The notes: a model not told the origin generated them from the letters alone. A stretch of DNA of 64,000 nucleotides from Bacteriovoracia bacterium (GCA_050251055.1 JBFWNL010000004.1:1-64000); one strand, 5' to 3'. Counted from the stretch's first letter, positions 46,907 through 56,927 are shown. Numbers and translations: made by a program.

Positions 46907-47185
46907 TTACCGTCCGATTTGGACTTCGTCCACGACGGCGATCACGACGAGCTGGGCGGCCATGGGCGCCGACGGATCGGGCAGCGCGGCCTGGCGAGCG
47001 CCGGTGCCTTCTTCTAACAGCAGCACGGTATCGCCCGGACCGGCGGAAACGGTATCGATCGCGATCAGCGGCTTCTTCACGTCCCCGAAACCTTCCACGG
47101 GCAAGACTTCTAAAAGCTGGCGAGCCGGAATGGAGTCGAGCTTGGCGGTCGAAACGACGCGGCCGGTGACCTTAGCTAATATCAT
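46907..47185 (-). CDS. BMC vertex pentamer (BMC-P, EutN/CcmL family)
   Basis: MILAKVTGRVVSTAK, AIDTVSAGPGDTVL, IAVVD. Confidence 0.92.
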   Translation of the reverse strand: MILAKVTGRVVSTAKLDSIPARQLLEVLPVEGFGDVKKPLIAIDTVSAGPGDTVLLLEEGTGARQAALPDPSAPMAAQLVVIAVVDEVQIGR

Positions 47186-47456
47186 CGATAATCCCCGTCA
47201 CGGCGGCATCCACCGGATACATATTCGCGACCGGCGCGCCCGAAAGCGCCATGGAGGCCTCGCGCTTGCCGACCCACATCACTAAATCGCCCTCGCGCGC
47301 GCCGACGCCGTCAATCGCAACAATCGGATCGCCGCTGGCGCCGCCGAGGGCTTCGCGCTTGCGGTCACAAGGCACGAGCACCTTGAGGGCCACGCCTTTC
47401 AGCGTATCCACTTTCTGGGTAGCAACCACGGTTCCTCGGACGACGGCGTACTGCAT
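47172..47456 (-). CDS. BMC vertex pentamer (BMC-P, EutN/CcmL family)
   Basis: VRGTVVATQK, AIDGVGAREGD, PVDAAVTGIID. Confidence 0.92.
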   Translation of the reverse strand: MQYAVVRGTVVATQKVDTLKGVALKVLVPCDRKREALGGASGDPIVAIDGVGAREGDLVMWVGKREASMALSGAPVANMYPVDAAVTGIIDDIS

Positions 47457-47475
47457 GCGCTCCTAATACTCCCGG

Positions 47476-48102
47476 CTAAAAATGCACCAAGGCTTCTTCT
47501 TGCGGCCGCGCGATGAAATCCACGCGGGTGAAGCTTTCAAGTTCTTTGAGCGTGGTGGCCGCGGCTTCCAAGCCCGCTTCCACCTCTTCCTGCTTGCCCG
47601 TTAACACGTAATAAGCCTTGCCCCCGATGCCCTGGCCCAGGCGGAAGCGGCAGAGCGAGACTTTTGCGGTCTTCAGCGCGCGGTCGGCCGAGAGAATCGC
47701 CGCGGCGAGCGTGTGGGATTCCACGATGCCGATGGAGTCGTCTACCTGCGTTTGGTCCGTATGCCCGTCGTCCGTCCAGATCGAATCCAGAAACGGCACG
47801 AGGTCCTCGTGAACGGAGGGGATGAAGACATTGCGCAGGATGCAGCCGTCGCCGGATTCCTGCACGGCCTTATAGGATTCTTCCACCGAAGCGACGTCAC
47901 CGAAGAAAAGCAGGCAGTGCTTGCCCGAAGAAATCGGCTGTGAAGCGATCACCCGCACCGGCGCTTTTTTCAAAGCGACGTCGGTAAGGAAAAGCCCGCG
48001 AGAAATGCTATTGAGCTCGACGAACCCGAGCGCGGGGATCTCATGGGTCGCCAGACCCTTGATCCATTGGCGCGCTAGCGTGGGTTTAATCGTCGCTGCC
48101 AT
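47476..48102 (-). CDS. BMC trimer shell protein (tandem domain, H. ochraceum T1/PduT-like)
   Basis: ALGFVELNSISRG...SSGK...GDVASVE and a second domain SIGIVESHTLAAAILSADRALK...GIGGKA. Confidence 0.9.
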   Translation of the reverse strand: MAATIKPTLARQWIKGLATHEIPALGFVELNSISRGLFLTDVALKKAPVRVIASQPISSGKHCLLFFGDVASVEESYKAVQESGDGCILRNVFIPSVHEDLVPFLDSIWTDDGHTDQTQVDDSIGIVESHTLAAAILSADRALKTAKVSLCRFRLGQGIGGKAYYVLTGKQEEVEAGLEAAATTLKELESFTRVDFIARPQEEALVHF

Positions 48103-48123
48103 TTAAGCTCCTGAGGTCCCTTT

Positions 48124-49746
48124 CTAAACAATCCGAAAATGATCTTTCAACGTGCATCGGCGGATGCGCGAAAAAGTCCGGCAAGTCGTCAACCCTTCGC
48201 CAGTGGGCGAAGCGATCGTGAACGACGTAAACCCTTCCCCACCCAGGCCCAATCCCGCATAGCTTGGGGCGTTCTTGATAAAAATCGAGGTATTGATCTC
48301 GCGGGCCATACGATGAAGATTGTCGATGTTCTTGCTGTACATGATGGCCGTGTGGCCATTGCCGTGTTCCACGCGTTTGGCCATGTCGATGGCATCATCC
48401 ACGTTCTTCACGCGCACGAGCGGAATCACCGGCATCAGAAGCTCGGCCTGCACGAAGGGGTGGTTTTCTTCCACTTCGCAGAACACGATGCGGACTTCTG
48501 AACCCACCGTCACGCCGATCTTCGAGAGAATGACGGAAGCGTCCTTGCCGACAAAAGCCTTGGCTGGATACTTCCCGCCCGACTCCTTATCGAGGATGAT
48601 CTGCTCGAGCTGGCGGACCTGATACGGGCTGATGAGGTAACCACCCGCTTTTTGCAGCTTCTTCTTGAGCTCGTCGGCGATGGAGGCCACCGCGATGATT
48701 TCTTTTTCCGCGATGCAGACGATATTGTTGTCGAGCGAGGCGCCCTTTACGATCCCGTCGGCGGCCTGATCCAGATCCGCGGTTTCATCGACGACAACCG
48801 GGGGATTCCCTGGGCCCGCGGCGATGACTTTCTTGCCCGAGGCCATAGCGGCCTTCACGACGGCGGGGCCGCCCGTTACGACGAGGAGACGGATACCCGG
48901 ATGCTTCATCAAAGCGCCCGCGGTTTCGATCGTCGGTTCTTCCACCATCGTAAGCGTGCCGCGCGGGCCGCCCGAGGCGACGATCACGTGGTCCATAATC
49001 TCCATCGTACGGATCGAGACGCGCTTGGCGCTCGGATGCGGGTTAAACACGACCGCGTTACCCGCGGAAAGCATCGAAATTCCATTGTTAATGATGGTCT
49101 CGCTAGGATTGGTCGTGGGCGTGATCGCGCCCAGCACGCCGAACGGCGCATACTCGACGAGGGCTAACCCATCGTCGCCCGTGAAGGCGCCCGAGTCCAG
49201 GTATTCCGGGCCGGGAGTCTTGTTGATCACGAGCAGGTTCTTCGAAATTTTGTCTTCGTAGCGGCCCAGGCCGGTTTCGTCCACGGCGAGGCGCGAGAGC
49301 TCGTCGACGTGGCGGCGCAGGGTCGCGCGCATCTCGTTGATGATCTCCTTGCGGCGGGTGAGCGAGAGCGCCACCCACTGCGTCTGCGCGCGCTTGGCGG
49401 CGGCGACCGCTTCGTCAAGCGTGCGATAAGCGACGAGCGACTTGCGTTCGGTTTGATCGATACGCTGGGAAACCGAGCGGTTCTCCATGCGCGACGCCGG
49501 CACCTCGGCCGAGCACGGCACCGCGTACTTGCGGGAAGTCGGGCTCGCCGGCGTATTTTCTTGGTTAAAGTTTTCACGATCAAAATTCTTAAGGGCGGCA
49601 GCCGGAGAAATCTCGGCGCGCGCCGAAAACCCGCTGACCGCGCCCGTGCTCCCGGGATTCGGGGAGCCCGCCGACACGTTCTTCCGACCCAGCAGCTTTT
49701 CCGCCACTCGGTCCGCCAATATAGAAACTTGATCCGGACTGAACAT
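48124..49746 (-). CDS. CoA-acylating aldehyde dehydrogenase (EutE/PduP family) with N-terminal extension
   Basis: APFGVLGAITPTTNPSET, VTGGPAVV, AGPGNPPVVVDETAD, NIVCIAEKE, ELLMP, TIASPTGEG. Confidence 0.95.
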   Translation of the reverse strand: MFSPDQVSILADRVAEKLLGRKNVSAGSPNPGSTGAVSGFSARAEISPAAALKNFDRENFNQENTPASPTSRKYAVPCSAEVPASRMENRSVSQRIDQTERKSLVAYRTLDEAVAAAKRAQTQWVALSLTRRKEIINEMRATLRRHVDELSRLAVDETGLGRYEDKISKNLLVINKTPGPEYLDSGAFTGDDGLALVEYAPFGVLGAITPTTNPSETIINNGISMLSAGNAVVFNPHPSAKRVSIRTMEIMDHVIVASGGPRGTLTMVEEPTIETAGALMKHPGIRLLVVTGGPAVVKAAMASGKKVIAAGPGNPPVVVDETADLDQAADGIVKGASLDNNIVCIAEKEIIAVASIADELKKKLQKAGGYLISPYQVRQLEQIILDKESGGKYPAKAFVGKDASVILSKIGVTVGSEVRIVFCEVEENHPFVQAELLMPVIPLVRVKNVDDAIDMAKRVEHGNGHTAIMYSKNIDNLHRMAREINTSIFIKNAPSYAGLGLGGEGFTSFTIASPTGEGLTTCRTFSRIRRCTLKDHFRIV

Positions 49747-49760
49747 AAAACTCCTTCAGT

Positions 49761-50048
49761 CTATTTACGAAAAGTGGTTTCTCCGCCGGCATCGACTTGG
49801 TCGACGATCGCCATGATTACGGCGTCCACCGGCTTATTCTGGGTGACTTCGGTTTGGCGCGCGCTGGAACCCGCGCAGTAAAGCACAACTTCGCCCACGC
49901 CGGCGCCGACCGAGTCCACCGCCACGACCTGGGCGCCCTTGGCGCCGCCCGTCAGATCGGACTGCTGCACGACCAAGAGCTTCAAACCTTCTAACTTTGG
50001 ATCCTTGCGGGAGGCGACGACCGTCCCGACGACACGACCTAAATTCAC
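49761..50048 (-). CDS. BMC vertex pentamer (BMC-P)
   Basis: [39 protein letters not shown]; GTG start at 50048 after GGGAGG. Confidence 0.93.
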   Translation of the reverse strand: MNLGRVVGTVVASRKDPKLEGLKLLVVQQSDLTGGAKGAQVVAVDSVGAGVGEVVLYCAGSSARQTEVTQNKPVDAVIMAIVDQVDAGGETTFRK

Positions 50049-50074
50049 GCGATCCTCCCTTCGCCAGGGGTCAA

Positions 50075-50113
50075 CGGCCGCGGGCATCCCGAAAACCTGG
50101 GAACCCGCGGCCG
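50075..50113 (-). other. Strong stem-loop between the BMC-H and BMC-P genes
   Basis: CGGCCGCGGG (50075-50084) and CCCGCGGCCG (50104-50113) form a perfect 10-bp inverted repeat. Confidence 0.65.
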
Positions 50114-50138
50114 CCCTTGCCCCTTTTAAAAACGCGAA

Positions 50139-50489
50139 TTACTGATTCAGCTCGGTGCCACGGCGCGAGGACTTCGAGCTGGTCGAAGTAGCGGCCGAAG
50201 TCGTGTTGCCACGGCCGAGCGGCAAGGCCGCGTCGACGTTGGCGTGCGGGCGCGGGATGACGTGCACGCTGACGAGCTCGCCGACTTTTTCGGCGGCGCG
50301 GGCGCCGGCTTCCACGGCGGCCTTCACGGCCGCGACGTCGCCACGAACCACGGCGGTGACGTAACCGCCACCGATGCGCTCATAGCCCACGAGGTCGACG
50401 CGCGCGGCTTTCACCATCGCGTCGGACGCTTCCACGAGCCCCACGAAACCCTTCGTCTCAATCATTCCCAATGCGTCTGACATACTCAC
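50139..50489 (-). CDS. BMC hexamer shell protein (BMC-H, EutM/PduA-like)
   Basis: [34 protein letters not shown]. Confidence 0.96.
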   Translation of the reverse strand: MSMSDALGMIETKGFVGLVEASDAMVKAARVDLVGYERIGGGYVTAVVRGDVAAVKAAVEAGARAAEKVGELVSVHVIPRPHANVDAALPLGRGNTTSAATSTSSKSSRRGTELNQ

Positions 50490-50587
50490 TACTTTCCTTT
50501 CATTGAACTACGGTACTTCTTACTGGCCGCCGGATGACTTGCCCCCCTAAATGGCCCCTCACCCGGAAACCAAAAACTTCCTACTGA

Positions 50588-51220
50588 CTAACGACCGGAT
50601 GGTGCTTCGACCCCCGTCAAAGCATTCACCGCGGCCATGGCAGCCTTGGCTGCCTCATCGATATCCGCTTCTTTTCCTACCAACGTTAAACGTCCAAAGG
50701 CACCGAACGCGCGCACGTCCACCAACGTTACGTCGGCGGCTTTTTCGGCTTCGTTGGCGGCATACACGATGTAGCCGGCCGGTTCGGTTTCCAAGATAAA
50801 CATGCTCATGCCGGGAAGGATCATGGATCCCTTGCGGCCCTGGCGGTTGATCACGACCGCATGATCGGGCGTGATCGAACGGATGGTTTCGTTCCAGGCG
50901 ATCTTGCACTTCTGGCGCGAATCGACGGTCGCTTCCAAAACGTTCAGTACGCTTTGTCCGGCCTGCAGCACTTCGCCTTGATCTTGATGGTGGACTTCGA
51001 GGCTACCGAACGCGCGCTCGACCACCTGCTGTCCCAGGCGAGCTTCGGTGGCCTTAAGCGCCACGTCGGTCAGGCGGTGAATCGCCATACCCGGCGCGAC
51101 TTCGATCCATAAACACGCGTCGCCAGGAATAGGCAGGAACCCTTGCGCGGTCGTGCCCAGGTACTCGGCCAGCTGCGGCTGAAGCGAGTCCATAAATACA
51201 TAAGTTCTGAGTTTGATCAT
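50588..51220 (-). CDS. Double-stacking permuted BMC trimer (BMC-Tdp, CsoS1D/CcmP/H. ochraceum T2-like)
   Basis: [52 protein letters not shown]. Confidence 0.93.
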   Translation of the reverse strand: MIKLRTYVFMDSLQPQLAEYLGTTAQGFLPIPGDACLWIEVAPGMAIHRLTDVALKATEARLGQQVVERAFGSLEVHHQDQGEVLQAGQSVLNVLEATVDSRQKCKIAWNETIRSITPDHAVVINRQGRKGSMILPGMSMFILETEPAGYIVYAANEAEKAADVTLVDVRAFGAFGRLTLVGKEADIDEAAKAAMAAVNALTGVEAPSGR

Positions 51221-51380
51221 GAACTTCCCCCTCTGAAATTCGGACTGCTGGCGAGATAACGCGCTTGAAACAGGGAGTCAAGCACACCGCGTTTTTTTCC
51301 TTTGATAACGCATAGCTTCATAAAACGAATCACACATTTGACTCACTGCAGCGTTTGGAATCATGCGATAATCAGAGCCA

Positions 51381-52961
51381 GTGAAGACCAAGCGCGTTAT
51401 CACATCATCTATACTGGCGGTCCTGAGCCTTAGCTTGGGCGTATCCATCCCCATGGAAACCCGAGCCGAGCCCCCCATCCTGCGGGTTTCCATTGAAAAT
51501 GAACCCTCGACTCTCGACTGGCAGGAAGCACGCTCCGCGACCGATCGCTTTCTGGTTTCGTTCATCATGCGCGGGCTCTTGAAATACGATGCCGCCGGAA
51601 AGCCCGTTTGCGACCTTTGCCGGGAGTATTCGGTATCCAAAGATGCTCGCACTTACACCTTTCAGCTCGACCCGAAAGCGAAGTGGTCCGACGACGCCGC
51701 GGTCGAAGCCCAGCAGTTCGTGGATTCGTTTCGGCGCCTGCTCGATCCGGCCAACTCGTTTGCCTCGGCGGAGCCGTTTCGTATCATCAATGGCGCAGGT
51801 AATGGCGTGGGTGCGGCGGGTGGCGCGCGCGCGAAGTTCGTCGCGGCGAACCTGCAGGTGAAAGCGATTTCGAAATCGACGCTCGAGATCGGGCTGAGCC
51901 AGCCGTCCAACGAGTTCACCCACCTGCTCACGCAGCCGGCGGCCTATCCCGTTCGCAAGGAGTTCACCCCATCGGCAGAAAAAGATTCGGGCGTCGCGAT
52001 GGCGACGCAAGCGACGCTCGGGCCTTATTTCCTAGGGGCATGGGAACACGGCAAGCGGCTGGTGATCGAAGGCAATCCCGCGTTTCCCATCGGAAGGCCG
52101 GTGTACCGGGTGGAATTCATCCTGGGCACCCACGCGGATTTGATCGCGCAATTCGAAAAGGAACGCATCGACATTCTCTCGAATCCCACCACGGAAGACA
52201 TGCTGAAATTCCGTACCCGTAAAATCCAGGTGAGCCCATACTGGGCGACCCGGAACCTCGTCTTCAATTTCCAGCGGCCCGCGAGCGCCGATGCGAGCGT
52301 GCGTAAGGCGATCTTGCACGCGCTCGACCGGGACAGTCTCCCGGGCTTCCTGAAAAACGGCGACCGCCGCGCCACCGGCGTCATCCCGCCGGGCATGGCG
52401 GGGCACCGCAAACTCCCGCTCGTGACGGCCGACGCGGGTATCGCGAAAAGCGAGCGGGATCGCGCCTCGGCGACGGGAAAAAAACAAATCGAGTTGGAGC
52501 TTCTGATTCGCGACACCGACGTAGACAAGAAAGTTGCCGAATGGTTGTCCCAGACCCTCGGAAAGGTTTCGATCAAGGTGGTGCCCAAACCGCGAAAGGT
52601 GAAAGCCTACTACCAGGATCTCGAGCGCGGCCAATTCGACCTGGCGCTCATGGTCTGGATGTTCAACGCCGCGACCCCGACGGATCTCCTGCGCTCCTTC
52701 CGCACGGGCGACCCCCAAAATATCGGCGGCTGGACAAACGTGGCGTTTGACGCGCTGCTAGGCCAACTCCAGGCGGAGAATCTTCCTCTCCAGCGCGAAA
52801 AAATCCTCGATCAGCTCACCCAAATCCTGGAAGTCCAGCAAGTCGCGGCGATCCCTTTGGGCTACCCGACTAATCCATTCTTACTGGGCCGCCGGGTCAA
52901 TAGCTTCGCCATGACTCCCTTCGGGGATCCCGACCTCGTTAAAACCGAGCTGAAAAAATAG
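51381..52961 (+). CDS. ABC transporter peptide-binding protein (SBP family 5, OppA-like)
   Basis: Signal peptide, EPSTLD, VSKDARTYTFQL...AKWSD, GPY, VRKAILHALDR. Confidence 0.88.
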   Translation: MKTKRVITSSILAVLSLSLGVSIPMETRAEPPILRVSIENEPSTLDWQEARSATDRFLVSFIMRGLLKYDAAGKPVCDLCREYSVSKDARTYTFQLDPKAKWSDDAAVEAQQFVDSFRRLLDPANSFASAEPFRIINGAGNGVGAAGGARAKFVAANLQVKAISKSTLEIGLSQPSNEFTHLLTQPAAYPVRKEFTPSAEKDSGVAMATQATLGPYFLGAWEHGKRLVIEGNPAFPIGRPVYRVEFILGTHADLIAQFEKERIDILSNPTTEDMLKFRTRKIQVSPYWATRNLVFNFQRPASADASVRKAILHALDRDSLPGFLKNGDRRATGVIPPGMAGHRKLPLVTADAGIAKSERDRASATGKKQIELELLIRDTDVDKKVAEWLSQTLGKVSIKVVPKPRKVKAYYQDLERGQFDLALMVWMFNAATPTDLLRSFRTGDPQNIGGWTNVAFDALLGQLQAENLPLQREKILDQLTQILEVQQVAAIPLGYPTNPFLLGRRVNSFAMTPFGDPDLVKTELKK

Positions 52962-53023
52962 CGCACCGTGGACAAAGCGAACCCTTTCGGCTAAAAACTA
53001 ATTCACCATTGAATTCTTAGTGT

Positions 53024-53098
53024 TCAGGAGTAGCTCAGTGGTAGAGCAGCCGGCTGTTAACCGGCTGGTCGGGGGTTCAAATCCCTCCTCCTGAGCCA
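53024..53098 (+). tRNA. tRNA-Asn (GTT)
   Basis: TCAGGAG/CTCCTGA acceptor stem, TAGCTCAGTGGTAGAGC D-arm, GCCGG-CTGTTAA-CCGGC anticodon arm, GGTTCAAATCC T-arm, encoded CCA. Confidence 0.97.
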
Positions 53099-53202
53099 TA
53101 TTTTTCCCCTCTTTTAAATCCAAGCCAGATCAGGGACGCCCATCCATGGGCTTGACCCTTTTTTCCCTTCCGAGGCCGGGACACCCTGACCTGGCCCATA
53201 GC

Positions 53203-56200
53203 TCAGAATGGGACCTTATCGGAATCTTTTTGCCGTTTTTCTTCAGAAAGCCGACCTCTTCCTTTTGGTTGAAGTCCCTTCACTTTCATCCATTTCAGGG
53301 TCTTAAACAGATCTTCTTTCGAAAACTTTTTCTTGCCCTTATCCCACTGATAAAATCGCCTGACGATCTCTTCGTCTGTCGGAGACCGCTTCAAAAGCAA
53401 AATATCGTTCCAACAAGCATACAAAGTTGCGACGGCCTCTGAATGTTCGGTTGTCAACGGCCTAAATAGCTTTATTAACCTTTCAATCGCAGAGATTCGC
53501 CTTCCGAAAGCAATCGGAGCTCGCTTCGCCCAATCATTGGTTTTCTCAGAAGGGGTAATTCGCATAAAGCGAAAATGCTTCCCATTACGCTTAAAAACTA
53601 TTTCCGTAATTTTACCTAAATCGCTACTTTTTCCGTTTGGGAAGAGACCAATTTTGGAATTGTAAAGGAGCTTAGAATCTACGGGACCGGCCACGTCTTT
53701 TACGTAATTCGCATTAAGCCCCAGATCGCAATCTTGGTCGGCAATATATATTATTTTTGCTAGTTTTACTGCGCCGAGGTTTTCATCGTTTGAAAGCTTC
53801 GATACTACTAAGCCTGTGAGCGACTTCCGCTTTTCCAGCACCCGTTCAAACCAAGTCTGTTTGCCTGGTTTCCATTCGATAGTTTTGACGGATTGCTTCT
53901 TTTGCTCGAAATAGTTGAGACCATTCTTAGCGACAAGGAAGGCGAGGAATTCCGACTTTACAACCCTTAAATAGGCCGCTAGCTTTTCAAGGAGCCCAAG
54001 AAGTTCAGTATCATTTGTTTCTTCCGCATGCTCCCTGATTTGAACTAGACCTGCCCCAACCGTCAGCTTTGAGTTTTCTGAAAGTAAATATGGCCTAGAG
54101 TAGTTTGGGGTAATCGCTTTCTTTGGATTAAAGCGGGCCTTCCAAGTTGCAAAGATTTTATTCGTTACTTTTATCAAATCCTTGACTGAAGGAGATGCAT
54201 CTCCACCAAAGTGGGGTGCAAGGTGCTTACTCCAGAAGGTGTCCTTATCGAGAGGAGACATCTGATTCTTCGATACAACCTCCGGAGCCCCCCTTACAGG
54301 ATTATTGAGAGGAAAAGTAACCTGAAGACAGTCATTTTCGGCAAAAGCGATCGAATAGATGTATTGGGATACAATTGCGCGATACTTTTCCGGAATCTCC
54401 GGAACCCACATCTCCTCCATATTTGCCCACATTGGGTAACCAAGCGCTCCAAAGGTACGACTCATCGAATACCAAAGAAACAATGAGAAGGCTATTTCTG
54501 GAGAGCTGGCGCAATATCCTCTATCGGGTATGCCAGACATGCAACGAGCCGTCCGAGTTTTCATAAAGCGGCTATCAAGATGAAACCAAATCTTATCTTT
54601 TTCGGTATCTTTTAAGAACGTGCGGCATGGAGTGAGGTTCAGCATAAAAGCAACATCCGTTCCCTTGCTATAACCAAAAGTGGTCTTCATTTTGTGACGT
54701 AAATCGCCGCTTGGAAGCCCCAGGTGAGTTGTACTGGTATCCTTCTTTTCGTCGTCTGACAGTGTCCGATACAAGTTACGCCTCGAGGTTCCAGCCCATT
54801 TGCCTGAAAATTTCGTGTTAGTTAGACCTAGAAGTTGCGTCGGCCCAGCCTTCAATATCGCGTCGCATTGGTTATTTAAAATATCTGGGTTTTCCCAGTT
54901 AATGGTGGCTAAATCCTTTTGTTTAAGATTGCAGAGATCAACTAGTGAAATCGGACGATCAGGGTTTAACCCGGCTGCCTTACCTTTATACCGCCACATT
55001 GTAAACGCGATTGGAAATTTACCAACACCTTCGAAAAACTCCGCACCGTTAATGAGGAACCCTCCGATATCTTCAAATGATCCGAAGAGCTCCTGGCGGA
55101 TCTTTTGAACAAGAGGCCGTTGAGTGAGCCAAGAGGTCTGGGTAAAAAGCAAGAGAAGCGAGTCCTCAGGAAGGCCACTATCGCCGGCGTAATCGCAAAT
55201 TAGCTTCATTTGGGCGAGGAAGCACAAGTATCTGTCAGAGCTCGCATCCTTTCCAACTACCTCGGTTATGTTTGCATCGACCTCATAGCTAATAGATTCA
55301 GCTGCCTGATCATCATCACTTCGGTAAGGCGGGTTGCAAAGAAAAGCGAGCGGCTTATCTGGTTTTTGATCTTTCTCAGCCAGATAGCTCTTAAGAATTT
55401 CAAGGTATTCTTCAGCTGAGTATTCGAGAAAATTCAGGCCCTTGTTTTCAGATACTTTTGGTACAACTGTAAATTTCCCTTCATGCCATTGATCTCCCTT
55501 CATTCGTTGTTCAATTGCAAAAAGGAGCTCTGGTTCTATTTCACTCACCACCTTATGTCGAATCTCAAGAGGAGAGCGCCAGTTTGTGACTAGATTCCCG
55601 CTTCCGCATGCAGGATCAATAACTAGGTAATTTTTTCCGAGATTGGGAATATTCTTTTTAACCAACCACATGGCAAACTTAGATAGGTCAAGATCAGTAA
55701 AAAAGATGCCGTTTTTAACCCGAAAATCCTTATCCACTGCATCAAGTGCTTCGTCATACTTAGCAAAGAAATCGTCTATGTTCTCCTGGTCCCTTTTAAG
55801 TTGGACAGAGTGGTTTTCAACAAAATCTTTGAATTTGGAAATTTTGCTAGGGATAAGATCCGTAATCTCAGCAGAGCCTAGGGTAGCTCGGTCGTCGTAA
55901 CGCTGGCTTGGCCGCAAGACAGAGGAATCGTCCCATGGGCCATAAATCATACTGTAAAATGCTCTAACTGTTTTGATTGGGGCGGAAGAGGGGAAAAACT
56001 GCCGCATGTCCTTTAATATTTTGGTGAAATTTTTTGTATTAATAGATTGGCGGACTTTTTTCTTCGCTTGTAAACCCTTTTCAAAAACATCTATCGCGGT
56101 TGCGAAGTATCGAACATCAGAAGCAAATAGCTCAGTGAAAATCTCTGGCTTGTGCCAAACCGCATTCTCCAATATATATTTCTGCTTGCTTGCATATTTC

Positions 56201-56580
56201 TTAGCGAGCTTTTTTCCGATGGCATTTGGTGCGCCACTGCTTTTGTCGACTTCGTCGAGGAAGTATTGCGGAAGAGAATCCACTCGCCAGAAAGCAAGGA
56301 AGTGTTTTGCTGCGACGACAACTATTGAAAACGACAACCCTTTTGTGCGGTAAGCCAGCGCTTGAAATAGTCCAGCGTACCAATCCGATGTATCTCCCTT
56401 TAGCTCCAGCAAAAAGTGACCCGGAACATACCCGTCAGCATTTGCGGCGTCACTCTGCCGCACAAATGCGGGATCATAAAGCTCGCGAAAATAAGAAATA
56501 GCCAAATCTTCATTGCGTTCACTCGGCTGCATCAAATATTCGCGCAACTTATTTACGTGAGGTTTTAGTCCTTTAGCCAT
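53203..56580 (-). CDS. Type IIG-like restriction-modification fusion (nuclease + amino-MTase + TRD) with extra C-terminal domain
   Basis: ADGYVPGHFLLELKG (D..ExK-like), GIFFT, IDPACGSGNL motif I, CNPPY motif IV; start set to MAKGLKP after GGAGG. Confidence 0.75.
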   Translation of the reverse strand: MAKGLKPHVNKLREYLMQPSERNEDLAISYFRELYDPAFVRQSDAANADGYVPGHFLLELKGDTSDWYAGLFQALAYRTKGLSFSIVVVAAKHFLAFWRVDSLPQYFLDEVDKSSGAPNAIGKKLAKKYASKQKYILENAVWHKPEIFTELFASDVRYFATAIDVFEKGLQAKKKVRQSINTKNFTKILKDMRQFFPSSAPIKTVRAFYSMIYGPWDDSSVLRPSQRYDDRATLGSAEITDLIPSKISKFKDFVENHSVQLKRDQENIDDFFAKYDEALDAVDKDFRVKNGIFFTDLDLSKFAMWLVKKNIPNLGKNYLVIDPACGSGNLVTNWRSPLEIRHKVVSEIEPELLFAIEQRMKGDQWHEGKFTVVPKVSENKGLNFLEYSAEEYLEILKSYLAEKDQKPDKPLAFLCNPPYRSDDDQAAESISYEVDANITEVVGKDASSDRYLCFLAQMKLICDYAGDSGLPEDSLLLLFTQTSWLTQRPLVQKIRQELFGSFEDIGGFLINGAEFFEGVGKFPIAFTMWRYKGKAAGLNPDRPISLVDLCNLKQKDLATINWENPDILNNQCDAILKAGPTQLLGLTNTKFSGKWAGTSRRNLYRTLSDDEKKDTSTTHLGLPSGDLRHKMKTTFGYSKGTDVAFMLNLTPCRTFLKDTEKDKIWFHLDSRFMKTRTARCMSGIPDRGYCASSPEIAFSLFLWYSMSRTFGALGYPMWANMEEMWVPEIPEKYRAIVSQYIYSIAFAENDCLQVTFPLNNPVRGAPEVVSKNQMSPLDKDTFWSKHLAPHFGGDASPSVKDLIKVTNKIFATWKARFNPKKAITPNYSRPYLLSENSKLTVGAGLVQIREHAEETNDTELLGLLEKLAAYLRVVKSEFLAFLVAKNGLNYFEQKKQSVKTIEWKPGKQTWFERVLEKRKSLTGLVVSKLSNDENLGAVKLAKIIYIADQDCDLGLNANYVKDVAGPVDSKLLYNSKIGLFPNGKSSDLGKITEIVFKRNGKHFRFMRITPSEKTNDWAKRAPIAFGRRISAIERLIKLFRPLTTEHSEAVATLYACWNDILLLKRSPTDEEIVRRFYQWDKGKKKFSKEDLFKTLKWMKVKGLQPKGRGRLSEEKRQKDSDKVPF

Positions 56581-56927
56581 TCGGCACTCCTCCATGGGCG
56601 CAAACGTTGAAAGGTGAAACAGGAAGCGAGACACTAGAATGCCAATTAATATAATTGTAGTACGTAACATGCAGCTATTTCGATAGGCATGTTTTGCCTA
56701 CGGGGATGGCAAACGGAAAAAGCGGGTGAGGCTGATCGGCATGTTTTGCACATTAGCAGGGATTAAAGGCCAGAGGCGGCGGCCTGCAGACTGCAGCACG
56801 ACCACGCGAGAACCGGAGGGCAAATTCTGACTTCCATTTCGAATACGGAAGTATCAACGAGATAAGAAATCTACTATTTTCGAAAGAATTGCCTTACTGC
56901 GACTAAGCTCAAAACCAAAGGATACCC

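Noticed and set aside
46907-51220. Carboxysome or Eut/Pdu metabolosome
   Set aside because: No RuBisCO, carbonic anhydrase, ethanolamine ammonia-lyase, diol dehydratase or glycyl-radical enzyme in the locus
56686-56749. Sigma54 promoters at GGCATGTTTTGC
   Set aside because: GG-to-GC spacing is 8 bp rather than the required 10
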